39,086 nucleotides of DNA from a virus. Taxonomy: Duplodnaviria; Caudoviricetes. Below the pieces are notes generated by a model. That model worked only from the letters and a program-made list of their open reading frames with translations. It was not told the origin of the DNA and ran no database searches. Shown in pieces: positions 28,567-36,764 of the stretch. Both the position numbers and the translations under genes were made by a program. The stretch is from the IMG/VR virus record IMGVR_UViG_3300005611_000076, positions 1 through 39,086 of that record; one strand, written 5' to 3'. Position 1 is the first letter of the stretch; every line of letters starts with the position of its first letter.

Positions 28567-28672
28567 GCTTCATACCGCCGCGCTTAGACTTAGCTTTAGG
28601 CTTAGCTTTCTTCATACACTTACCTGCTTTCATGCACTTAGCAGGTGACGGACAAGATGCACATGGTTTCAT
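28556..28672 (-). CDS. 38-aa Cys/Lys-rich basic peptide (MKPCASCPSPAKCMKAGKCMKKAK...)
   Basis: Not in the ORF track; perfect AGGAGG RBS; fills the gap between neighbours. Confidence 0.7.
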   Translation of the reverse strand: MKPCASCPSPAKCMKAGKCMKKAKPKAKSKRGGMKRGY

Positions 28673-28681
28673 TACTACCTC

Positions 28682-29152
28682 CTATAGCAATACGTTACTT
28701 GGCGTCTGAATAGACACTGGGTCAATCAATTCAATACCCTGATACTTCAAAGCAACTTCTGACTTGTTCTGTTCAGCCAAGGTGCCGTTGAGCATCCACT
28801 GTTCAATCCACGTCACCCACTCGCCACGCTCGACAGTTTCAGTGCCTAGCCAGAAGTTAACATGGTAGCGCGTGTCAAACACAGGCGGCGTTAGTTCGTT
28901 ACCATCTACGTCGTAGGTACCTTGGACTAGCACGTGAGGGCCAATGCGAGTGATGGTGTTACCACTAGATACCCTGACAATCTCTTGACCATCCTCTGTC
29001 GTTTCGCGCACCAACAGGCCAACTTCTTCAGCCACAAAGTCAAAGGTTGCCTTATCAACAGCGCGTGTCATCACGTGAAGCACACCACCGGCTAAACGTG
29101 CGTACACGGGTACGTCGTTAACAATAGGCCGTCCGTAGTCGTCTGTGGTCAC
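28682..29152 (-). CDS. Hypothetical protein, possible fibre/spike assembly factor
   Basis: Coupled to the spike gene; G.YD.DGNELTPPV.D.RYHVN pattern. Confidence 0.6.
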   Translation of the reverse strand: MTTDDYGRPIVNDVPVYARLAGGVLHVMTRAVDKATFDFVAEEVGLLVRETTEDGQEIVRVSSGNTITRIGPHVLVQGTYDVDGNELTPPVFDTRYHVNFWLGTETVERGEWVTWIEQWMLNGTLAEQNKSEVALKYQGIELIDPVSIQTPSNVLL

Positions 29153-31032
29153 GATGAAGCCTCCTCGATGCCTGCTGTGCCAATGTCTTCATCCCATAGA
29201 CGCACCAATTGAACGGTAGATGCTGCTTCTCCTGAGTTAATATGTAAAGCACTGACACTAGCCGCTGTTGGCCCCCATGTTGTAGTCGTATAGGATGTGC
29301 CAGAAAACGCTAGTTGTTGCTCATCGGAGCTTGTATTAAAGCGAGCAGCAAAATTGATTGGCGTGTTTAAGCCAGTCCCTCTGTTTGTGCTAGTTGATCT
29401 AGCCTCTCCTCCTCCCCAATACACATAAAATCGTCCGCTAACGTTACTAACAAATCTGTTGATACTGCTTGCATACAACCATTCCGCTTCTCCAAAAGTC
29501 TCAGGTGATTTAAAGTCAGTAACACACTGCATTTGAACTGAGTTGTTTAGATTGGTTGCCGGATAGTTAGCATTGGCAATTTCTAAAGTCTCAGCCGCCC
29601 GAGTAACAGTGGAGCCGCCGGTTGGTATGTAGGAGGATGGGGTTGATGCTCCGTCTTCTGCTTGAGCGCCCCATATGTAAATACCAGAGCTACCGTCTCC
29701 TTGATACGTTTCAGCCCCGTAAGCGCCTTGACTAAACGTGCCTTGAGTAGCAGGAGAGATAACAAAAGGATATTGAGCGTATGGCCCTACAATACAAACT
29801 CTCCACCAGCCATTTGAATAATTTTCTACAAAGTAAGATCTAGTGACTGAGTTTGGATTATATATTTGAGTTACTTGACCGGAAGTTAAATCGACTGTTA
29901 TTGCATATTGGTCATTTCCATCTCTAGTGGAAACTGTAGCAAACGACCTTTCTGCCGCTTTTAAGAAAATTGAAGCAGCTCCGGTAAGTCCACCCTCAGC
30001 GGTATAAACAATAAAGCTACTGTTTAACGTACTTTCCACTAATTTACTTGCTGTGTTTTGTCCTGATGGAGATGTTGCCTGATTGGTTGTAATTGTAGAT
30101 GAGCCTCCAAGAGACCAATTTGAGAATGTTTCTGATTGAGTTATTTGATTAACCCTGCTCTCACTCTCAACCAGTATCCCCTCGTTCACCCAAGAGGTGC
30201 CGTTGTATACGTGGTGGCCTCGGCGAGCTAGGTAGGCAGCGGAGCCTGTGGTTGGGACGTAAGAGTCGCCACGGTCTGGGTTATCAACCATGCCTCCAAG
30301 GTCTGAGCGGTAAATATGAACACCGCCAATCGTTACAGCCGCGCCTTGTGAGGTTGTTAGTGTAATACCTAAAAGAATCTCTCCATTTATGTCTGCACCG
30401 GTTGTAAAGGTTATAGACGCATACCCCGTTACAGGGTCGGCTTGATCTGTATTTATAAATGTTGTTCCCGTAACATCACTAAATCCGCTAAGTCGAAAAA
30501 TATTTAAGTTTAAATTAGATGCAGAGTTATCTACCCAAAATCCAACGGTGTAAGTAGTATGAGGTTTTAGCCATGTCACATCGTTGTAACGAATACGCGC
30601 TAAACCAGTTGTATCTGTAACCTCAAACGCAACGCCACCAAGACCATTAGGTAGAGTAGTAGCTGTGATTGTGCCGCCGGTCGTGTTGTTAAGAGACCAA
30701 TTGCCAGCAAACGGATCAGTGCCACCATCAAATTCAGACTCATCAATAAAGTTATGCGGTGCCCACTTAATCAACCCATCAGAGTCAACCATCGTGGCAT
30801 TACCTGACCGGCTAAACGTCAAAGCTGAGTCAAAGGTTGATTCGTTAGACGCTACACGGTAGTAATCGTTAGCGAAGTCAGCGACGAACTCTGGGCTAAT
30901 GCTGTTGGCCGCGTAAATATCAGCTACACCACCAGAGTTGTAAACTTCAGTCGCGCCGAGGTAAGCCTTGGTAACCTCAGTTACCCCTAAGTACAGCTTA
31001 CTTACGCTAGAACTGCCTAAGCTAATAGCCAT
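29149..31032 (-). CDS. Receptor-binding / head-spike fibre protein with tandem beta-sandwich (carbohydrate-binding-like) modules
   Basis: LTFSRSGNAT.VDSDGLI, EGILVESESR.N, NGWWR, IWGAQ.E...PSSYIPT.G.TVTRAAE motifs. Confidence 0.75.
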   Translation of the reverse strand: MAISLGSSSVSKLYLGVTEVTKAYLGATEVYNSGGVADIYAANSISPEFVADFANDYYRVASNESTFDSALTFSRSGNATMVDSDGLIKWAPHNFIDESEFDGGTDPFAGNWSLNNTTGGTITATTLPNGLGGVAFEVTDTTGLARIRYNDVTWLKPHTTYTVGFWVDNSASNLNLNIFRLSGFSDVTGTTFINTDQADPVTGYASITFTTGADINGEILLGITLTTSQGAAVTIGGVHIYRSDLGGMVDNPDRGDSYVPTTGSAAYLARRGHHVYNGTSWVNEGILVESESRVNQITQSETFSNWSLGGSSTITTNQATSPSGQNTASKLVESTLNSSFIVYTAEGGLTGAASIFLKAAERSFATVSTRDGNDQYAITVDLTSGQVTQIYNPNSVTRSYFVENYSNGWWRVCIVGPYAQYPFVISPATQGTFSQGAYGAETYQGDGSSGIYIWGAQAEDGASTPSSYIPTGGSTVTRAAETLEIANANYPATNLNNSVQMQCVTDFKSPETFGEAEWLYASSINRFVSNVSGRFYVYWGGGEARSTSTNRGTGLNTPINFAARFNTSSDEQQLAFSGTSYTTTTWGPTAASVSALHINSGEAASTVQLVRLWDEDIGTAGIEEASS

Positions 31033-31035
31033 AAA

Positions 31036-31770
31036 TTAACCCGTGATAATGTAGAAGGTTGATGCGTCTGGGGTGATAGCGTCGTACTCTGCTTGGGTTA
31101 AGGACATAATGTTTGTTACTGCGTCAGCCCCTGTAACCCCTGTGGTATCACTCTCAACCATATTGGCTATGTCAGCCGGTTGGGTTGCTGTGTCGGCTAG
31201 GGCTAGCGATGTGGTAACCGCTGTTGCCAAGCTAACCGTGCTGCCCGATACGTCAATCTCGTTAGTCGTGCCGGTGATGCTTTGCAGTGCGCTATCAGCC
31301 AAAGCGAGCGAGCTGGTAACGGCAGGCGCTAAACTAATCGTGTCTCCACCAGTAACGACAATCTCGTCTGTTGTGCCTGAGACGCTTTGTAAGGCGCTGT
31401 CGGCTAATGCCAGAGAACTCGTTACTGTCGCACTAAGTGATATGGTTGAGCCGCTGACCTCAATTTCATTGACGGTGCCAGTAATTGATTGCAAGGCACT
31501 ATCGGCCAAAGCAAGCGAGTCGGTAACAGATTGGGCAAGCGATATCGTGGTTCCGCTGACCTCAATTTCGTTGACGGTACCGCTGATTGACTGAACCGCT
31601 GAGTCAGCAAGTGCAAGAGAACTAGTAACCGCTGCGGCTAGTGAGATGGTGTCGCCGCCGGTAACGACAATTTCGTCTGTTGTTCCCGATACGCTTTGCA
31701 GCGCGGTGTTAGCGGCTGTAATACCGGCATCAATTTCAGCGCCGGTAAAGTTAGAGTTATACACGGACAT
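31036..31770 (-). CDS. Repeat-containing fibre/adaptor protein
   Basis: Five 34-35-aa repeats (ALQS.SGT..EI.V.G.TISL...VTSSLALADS) and a C-terminal LTQAEYDAI.PD..TFYII docking-type motif. Confidence 0.75.
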   Translation of the reverse strand: MSVYNSNFTGAEIDAGITAANTALQSVSGTTDEIVVTGGDTISLAAAVTSSLALADSAVQSISGTVNEIEVSGTTISLAQSVTDSLALADSALQSITGTVNEIEVSGSTISLSATVTSSLALADSALQSVSGTTDEIVVTGGDTISLAPAVTSSLALADSALQSITGTTNEIDVSGSTVSLATAVTTSLALADTATQPADIANMVESDTTGVTGADAVTNIMSLTQAEYDAITPDASTFYIITG

Positions 31771-32366
31771 TAAGGAACCCTCGAATAAAGAATGTTGCCG
31801 TTAGCTGTAACAAGGTCTGCAGCGTCTAAAGGCTTAAACTTCTGATAAGTTGCGTTAATAAAAGCAGCAGGTACTGCTTTCCATAAATTAGTAGAAGCAT
31901 CAAATTGCAGTATGTCACCGTTGTTTGGATTTAAGGCACTTTCGTCTAAGTTTAAGCCTACACCACCGCCAGTGGTTTTTGGTCCTTGCCCTACAATAAA
32001 CGTATTGCCGTCAAGGCCCCCAGAAAGCCCGTAGGGCAATTCTATGACGTACTCAGTACCATCGGTTAGGGTGAAGACTAAATCGCCGTCAGCGGCCTGT
32101 GAGACGCTCTCAACGCCTACACCGTCAATGCCGTCCTTTCCATCAAAGCCATCTGCGCCTGCTGGCCCTTGCGGTCCTTGCTCTCCTTTAGGCCCTTGCG
32201 GTCCTTCACGTCCGTCTTTTCCGTTAGGACCTTGAGGACCAACAGCTCCAGTAGGACCGGCAGGGCCAGCAGGTCCAGCAGGGCCAACAGCTCCAGCAGG
32301 ACCGGCAGGGCCTGTAATCCCTTCTATTTTTTTAACTAAAGCTAATAAGGCTAAATCAGAAGCCAT
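31770..32366 (-). CDS. Collagen triple-helix repeat fibre protein
   Basis: About 21 consecutive G-X-Y triplets followed by DGDLVFTLTDG. Confidence 0.85.
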   Translation of the reverse strand: MASDLALLALVKKIEGITGPAGPAGAVGPAGPAGPAGPTGAVGPQGPNGKDGREGPQGPKGEQGPQGPAGADGFDGKDGIDGVGVESVSQAADGDLVFTLTDGTEYVIELPYGLSGGLDGNTFIVGQGPKTTGGGVGLNLDESALNPNNGDILQFDASTNLWKAVPAAFINATYQKFKPLDAADLVTANGNILYSRVP

Positions 32367-32369
32367 AAC

Positions 32370-34358
32370 TTATTGCCCTTGTTGGGTCGCTTGCTGTTGC
32401 TGTTGTTCTGGGCTTGCAGTTAACTGCCGGATTAACTCTGCCTCTGCTTCAGATGTTTTAGCCTGCTGTCCTTTCATCTTTAGCTCTTGCTCTTTCATCA
32501 TCAGCTCAGCTAGCTTAACACGCTTTTCAAAGTCTTTGTCTGCTGTGCCGTCTTTATCTGTATCGCTGTACTTAAGCGCCAGCTCTTGTGGAGATAGCTG
32601 TGCTTCGACGGCGTACTTCTGACCACGTGCCTGTGACTCAGCGGCTTGAGCTTGTAGCAGAGCAATCTGACCCTGAAGCACACCCATCTGCATTTGCTGC
32701 TGTTGCATTTGCATCTGCTGAGCCTGGGGGTTAGGCTGGTTGCCTTTCTCGATAGCGGCAATAAGCTGCTCACGGTTAGACACGTTAAGGTGGTCAAGAA
32801 TGCCTTTGATAATTTCAGCGTGGGCTGGGCTGTCAGGTGGTACAACCTGTAAGATTTGTGAAAGCTGAGCCACTTCGTACTCACGGGCCATAGCGCCTAA
32901 AGAGCTGAACGGGATGAAGTGATAGTCTTTGCTTGGGTACTCTTCGGGGTTATACTGCATATACCGAAGGGCAGCCTTCTTCACAAACGGAATCAGGAAG
33001 TTCTCTTGGAAGTTGAGCAGGGTGCGCTTTTGGCGCTTGACAATGCCGCCTTGGCTCATGGACATGCCAGCAGCCGTAACATCGTTCTGTACTTGCGGCA
33101 TTGAGCCGTCAGCAGCACCTGTAGCCTGACTGACCATCTGCTGAAGCTGTGCGCCTTGGGCGAACGTAACTTGGTCTAGCTGTCCAAACTTGAACGGCAT
33201 GATGGTTTCAGCAGGAGCGCCGTTAGTCAAAATCATCCTACCGGGACGAATCTCTAGCTTCTTGTCGCGAGGTAGACGTGTAGCGTCGGCGGCTAGCATT
33301 GGGTGGGTGGTAAGGGCGAGGGCGTCGATACGTGCGCGCAGTTCTGCGTCCAACGCTTTTTGGCTCATGTAGCCCTTCTCGCATACCCCTCTACCCCAGA
33401 ATCGTGAAGGTACAATGTCCCACTGGAACGCTACTACAGGGCGGTCTTGGCACATATAAGGAGACGGGATAGCCTTGAGGACGATTCCCTCGTTAGCCAG
33501 TACGACAATAGCTTCTACGTAGTGACCAGTCTCTTCAATCTCGTCTTCTTCTACGCCCTCAGCTAGCAGCATATCCCTAGGCACCTTACCGTACCACTTG
33601 GTTAGGCGAATCTTGTCAGACGGCAAGTTGGCTAGCTCTGGGTCTGGCTCAATCTCTTCGTCGCTAGCAGCATCGCCAATGTATTCATCGTTACGATAGA
33701 CGCCTTGCTCCTGTAGCTCCTCAACAATGTGACGGCTTACAAACTCATCAATGGCTACACCCAGCGCATCGTCCACACACGTGGCTACAGGGTCAATGAG
33801 GAAGTTCTTGGGCATTACAGGGTTGAGCTTGACGATGGGGCGGTAAGAGGTTTCTACGCCATACTCCTGCATAGCCCCGTCCATAGTGGGACGAGTGCTA
33901 GGCTTACGTACTTTCATTTCCTCAATCGTAATTTCAGCACAGCCTGTACCGAATACGGCAGCATTGATGAGAACTTCTGCTACAGAGGAGCGGATGCGGG
34001 CAAGAGCAAAGTCATCATGCAGCTTATTCCGCAGCATAACCATGTCAGCTTTCTCTTGGTCGCCAAAGTCGTCACGTAAGTCAAAGATTTTACCGCGACC
34101 AAACGTAGCTTCTTCTACTTCCGCTACATTAGACTCAACAGCTTGGGATAAAGCAGGGGCAATTAGCTTAGAACGCTCTGACATACGCTCACGGTCTTCC
34201 GTAGTCCACTGACTGCGGTAGAGGCGCATGTATTCGTCGTGCTGGTGGGCGTAGTTAGAGTCGTAGTGCTCACGATAGCTCTCAACTTTGCCCATAACCC
34301 AGTTGGCTAACTCACCTTCGTAGCCATATTCTTCCTGGTCTTTAAAAATATCTTCCAC
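32370..34358 (-). CDS. Portal protein
   Basis: About 660 aa directly after TerL; RSKL..P, FGTG, NFLIDP and FWGRGV motifs plus a Gln-rich C-terminal barrel. GTG 34358 preferred over the track's TTG 34373. Confidence 0.9.
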   Translation of the reverse strand: MEDIFKDQEEYGYEGELANWVMGKVESYREHYDSNYAHQHDEYMRLYRSQWTTEDRERMSERSKLIAPALSQAVESNVAEVEEATFGRGKIFDLRDDFGDQEKADMVMLRNKLHDDFALARIRSSVAEVLINAAVFGTGCAEITIEEMKVRKPSTRPTMDGAMQEYGVETSYRPIVKLNPVMPKNFLIDPVATCVDDALGVAIDEFVSRHIVEELQEQGVYRNDEYIGDAASDEEIEPDPELANLPSDKIRLTKWYGKVPRDMLLAEGVEEDEIEETGHYVEAIVVLANEGIVLKAIPSPYMCQDRPVVAFQWDIVPSRFWGRGVCEKGYMSQKALDAELRARIDALALTTHPMLAADATRLPRDKKLEIRPGRMILTNGAPAETIMPFKFGQLDQVTFAQGAQLQQMVSQATGAADGSMPQVQNDVTAAGMSMSQGGIVKRQKRTLLNFQENFLIPFVKKAALRYMQYNPEEYPSKDYHFIPFSSLGAMAREYEVAQLSQILQVVPPDSPAHAEIIKGILDHLNVSNREQLIAAIEKGNQPNPQAQQMQMQQQQMQMGVLQGQIALLQAQAAESQARGQKYAVEAQLSPQELALKYSDTDKDGTADKDFEKRVKLAELMMKEQELKMKGQQAKTSEAEAELIRQLTASPEQQQQQATQQGQ

Positions 34359-34359
34359 T

Positions 34360-35616
34360 TCAGTACCCCGCAATAGCGTCTAAGGCTTCCCAGTCTTCTT
34401 CTACGTCCATACCACTGTCGTAAGGCACAATAGCTAACTGGTCAACGTAAGACAAGGCATCTAGTAAGTCGTCATGTACAAGCTGTGAGGGGAACGCAGC
34501 GGCTTCGTCCGCAAAAGTAGCGTTCCATTCTTTATCTCGCTTAATCTTAACCTTCTTGTGCTCAAATCGGCCCTGAAGCGCCCACAAAATACGGTCTTGC
34601 TTCTTCTGATTGCCGTGGCTGAGCTGCTCAATACGAAAGGAGCGGTGGGTTCGGCGCATAATATCCGTCAAAGGACCCATCACAGCTTGTTGGGCTATCC
34701 CTTTTTCTATCCCAACACTGATTGGCTTGTAGTCCCGTACAGCATCGAAGATGTGCTGGGCTGTTTCGTCCAATGTCCAGCGCCCAAACCTAATCTTTTC
34801 AACCCACCAGTTGCCGTTATGGTCCACGAACACAACAGCAATAGCTGAATTGTCCCTTCTCTTCGTCTTATTACCCCTGTCTGACTCAAAGCCAGCTAAG
34901 TCACAGGCTACGTAGTAGTCGCCTAGGGCCGTACTGTCCTTCTCTTCGTAGTATTCAAACGTTTCAACGTCAAAGTATTCGCTACCTTGAGCGTCGAAGG
35001 AGGCCATATACTCCTGCTGGAAGGCCCATCGGGGCAATGTGTTCTTGGCGTGGTCGATTTCTTCAGGGTCTACGAACGGATTGTCGTAGGAAGTGTACGT
35101 CCAAGACTTCCAGTTGTCCCAAGCTGTACCACCTATGTACAAATCATAGAAGTGGTTGCGCCCTTCGGGGGTGCCGATGAAGAGGGCATGGCCTTTTTTG
35201 TCCGACAAAGCGGGACGTAGGATGGCTTCCCATACGTCCTTCTTCATGAACGCAAACTCATCCAAGACCAAATACTTCAAAGACACACCCCGTAGGGTGT
35301 CCGGTCGGTCAGCACCTTTCAAGTAGATGGTGTTGCCGCCTGCTAACTCAATAGTTAAGTTGTTGATGTTGCTGTTAACAATAATGTCCCCTGCAAGCTC
35401 AAACAGCTTCTCCCAGAGGATGTCACGTGCCATGCCTTGCGTAGGCGCTACGTAAAATACTTTGCCGTCTTGGCCGTTCAGGGCGTTCACAATAAGGGCT
35501 ACGGCAGCCAAGTGGCTCTTACCTGTACGTCTTCCTGCTGCAACCACCTTGAAGCGAGAAGTGTCAGTGAAGACAGCCTCTTGCCAAGAGGTTAAGGAGA
35601 GGTTGACGTTAGCCAT
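34360..35616 (-). CDS. terL: Terminase large subunit
   Basis: AAGRRTGKS Walker A, LRG...VLDEFA Walker B, GTPEG.N, nuclease DLA...HDDLLDA. Confidence 0.96.
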   Translation of the reverse strand: MANVNLSLTSWQEAVFTDTSRFKVVAAGRRTGKSHLAAVALIVNALNGQDGKVFYVAPTQGMARDILWEKLFELAGDIIVNSNINNLTIELAGGNTIYLKGADRPDTLRGVSLKYLVLDEFAFMKKDVWEAILRPALSDKKGHALFIGTPEGRNHFYDLYIGGTAWDNWKSWTYTSYDNPFVDPEEIDHAKNTLPRWAFQQEYMASFDAQGSEYFDVETFEYYEEKDSTALGDYYVACDLAGFESDRGNKTKRRDNSAIAVVFVDHNGNWWVEKIRFGRWTLDETAQHIFDAVRDYKPISVGIEKGIAQQAVMGPLTDIMRRTHRSFRIEQLSHGNQKKQDRILWALQGRFEHKKVKIKRDKEWNATFADEAAAFPSQLVHDDLLDALSYVDQLAIVPYDSGMDVEEDWEALDAIAGY

Positions 35617-35761
35617 CCGTTTCTTTTTCCTCCACTCCTACAACCTTAAGGCCGTACACGTCGGCAGCTATCTCAAGACAGACAGGGTTAGCACGACACA
35701 TAATCACGACAGTTTTGTAGTCAGCCCCTAGTCTTTTAGCACGACCAATCAGCTCACTCAT
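35609..35761 (-). CDS. 50-aa hypothetical protein between terS and terL
   Basis: 3' part of track ORF 35609-35935; GAGG before ATG 35761; overlaps both neighbours by a few bases. Confidence 0.55.
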   Translation of the reverse strand: MSELIGRAKRLGADYKTVVIMCRANPVCLEIAADVYGLKVVGVEEKETDG

Positions 35762-36131
35762 CCTCGACGCTCTCCCACTCTGCGTCTTCAATTGTCTCTG
35801 AATCTCTTCCCTCGTCTCCAGATGTCCCGTTGACGGTGACACCGCTAGCGCCAATACCAGTAATATTGACTTGAACAGTTGCTTGCTGCTTCCCATCATG
35901 AGTAAAACCTGCCACAGGAAGTAAGCGGTCTGCAAGAAGTTTCATCGCGACTGCTTGCTGCTTATGTTCATCATCAAACGCTGTCTCGAACAGCTTCTCT
36001 ATTAACTTAGGAGACTTAGGGTTGAGCAAGAGTCGTGAACGAAATTCCTTTAAAGCGGCAGACTGCTCACGACGACTAAGTTCTTTAGTAGAAGCTAAGT
36101 CTTGTTTTGAAGGCCTGCCTCTTTTTGTCAT
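35754..36131 (-). CDS. Putative terminase small subunit
   Basis: KRGRP N-terminus, helical core (AMKLLADRLLP), VNITGI strand; first late gene upstream of terL. Confidence 0.7.
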   Translation of the reverse strand: MTKRGRPSKQDLASTKELSRREQSAALKEFRSRLLLNPKSPKLIEKLFETAFDDEHKQQAVAMKLLADRLLPVAGFTHDGKQQATVQVNITGIGASGVTVNGTSGDEGRDSETIEDAEWESVEDE

Positions 36132-36318
36132 GAAAACATCCTTTTCTTTACCTTAAAGACCCTTAAGGTACTTTAGGGCATTTAAACGTAGAAGAGTAAG
36201 CTGATGAAGTTGCTGTTGAAGAGGTACTTCTCGGTTGCATTTAATTAAGCAGATGAAGTTGCTGTAGCTGAAGCAGGAAATCGACTGAGAGTACCTTAAA
36301 GTGCATACTATAGGTATA

Positions 36319-36347
36319 ATTGTACCATACTTTTAAGCTGCTGTCAA
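36319..36347 (-). promoter_or_regulatory. sigma70-type late promoter driving the terS-terL arm
   Basis: Minus strand: TTGACA, 17-bp spacer, TACAAT with TGn extended -10. Confidence 0.85.
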
Positions 36348-36624
36348 TACGTTTAGTCCTTTAAGTGGTAGTAGTACCCTTAAGGGCGGACAGTCGGCTA
36401 GGTCCTTTTTGGTAAGCAGCAGGTACTGTACGGATATACAGTGTTTATGCAGGATTGAGAGGTACTTAGGGGTGGTAGATAATGGTCCATTAAGTGTCCA
36501 TTAAATACCTTTATGGACCTTATAGTGTCCATTAAGTACCTTTTTGGACTATTAGGTGTCCAAAATCTCCTCTTTGCAAGTGGAGGCTCCACCCCGCGCG
36601 CACGTGCATGCCGCCAGGCCCCCC

Positions 36625-36718
36625 GGGGGATAAGCTGTGGATAACTTCAAGATACCCACAGGATACCCACAGGATACCCACAGCCCTGTCCACAGGATGC
36701 CCACAGGGTTACCCACAG
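36625..36718. repeat. Array of DnaA-box-like 9-mers with 11-12-bp period
   Basis: Perfect box TGTGGATAA (36636-36644), GGGGGATAA (36625-36633), then six oppositely oriented boxes each ending CCACA-G. Confidence 0.75.
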
Positions 36719-36726
36719 GCCGTACA

Positions 36727-36764
36727 GTACCCGTTGGGGTCCGTTCGGTACCCGTTGGGGTCCG
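36727..36764. repeat. 17-bp direct repeat GTACCCGTTGGGGTCCG x2
   Basis: Copies at 36727-36743 and 36748-36764. Confidence 0.85.

Noticed and set aside
36201-36285. Hammerhead ribozyme (CTGATGA...GAAA)
   Set aside because: The bases flanking the core cannot form the stem II closing pair, and I found no convincing stems I or III.
36651-36764. CRISPR-like or mini-array
   Set aside because: Units are 11-21 bp with no unique spacers of CRISPR length, and there are no cas genes.
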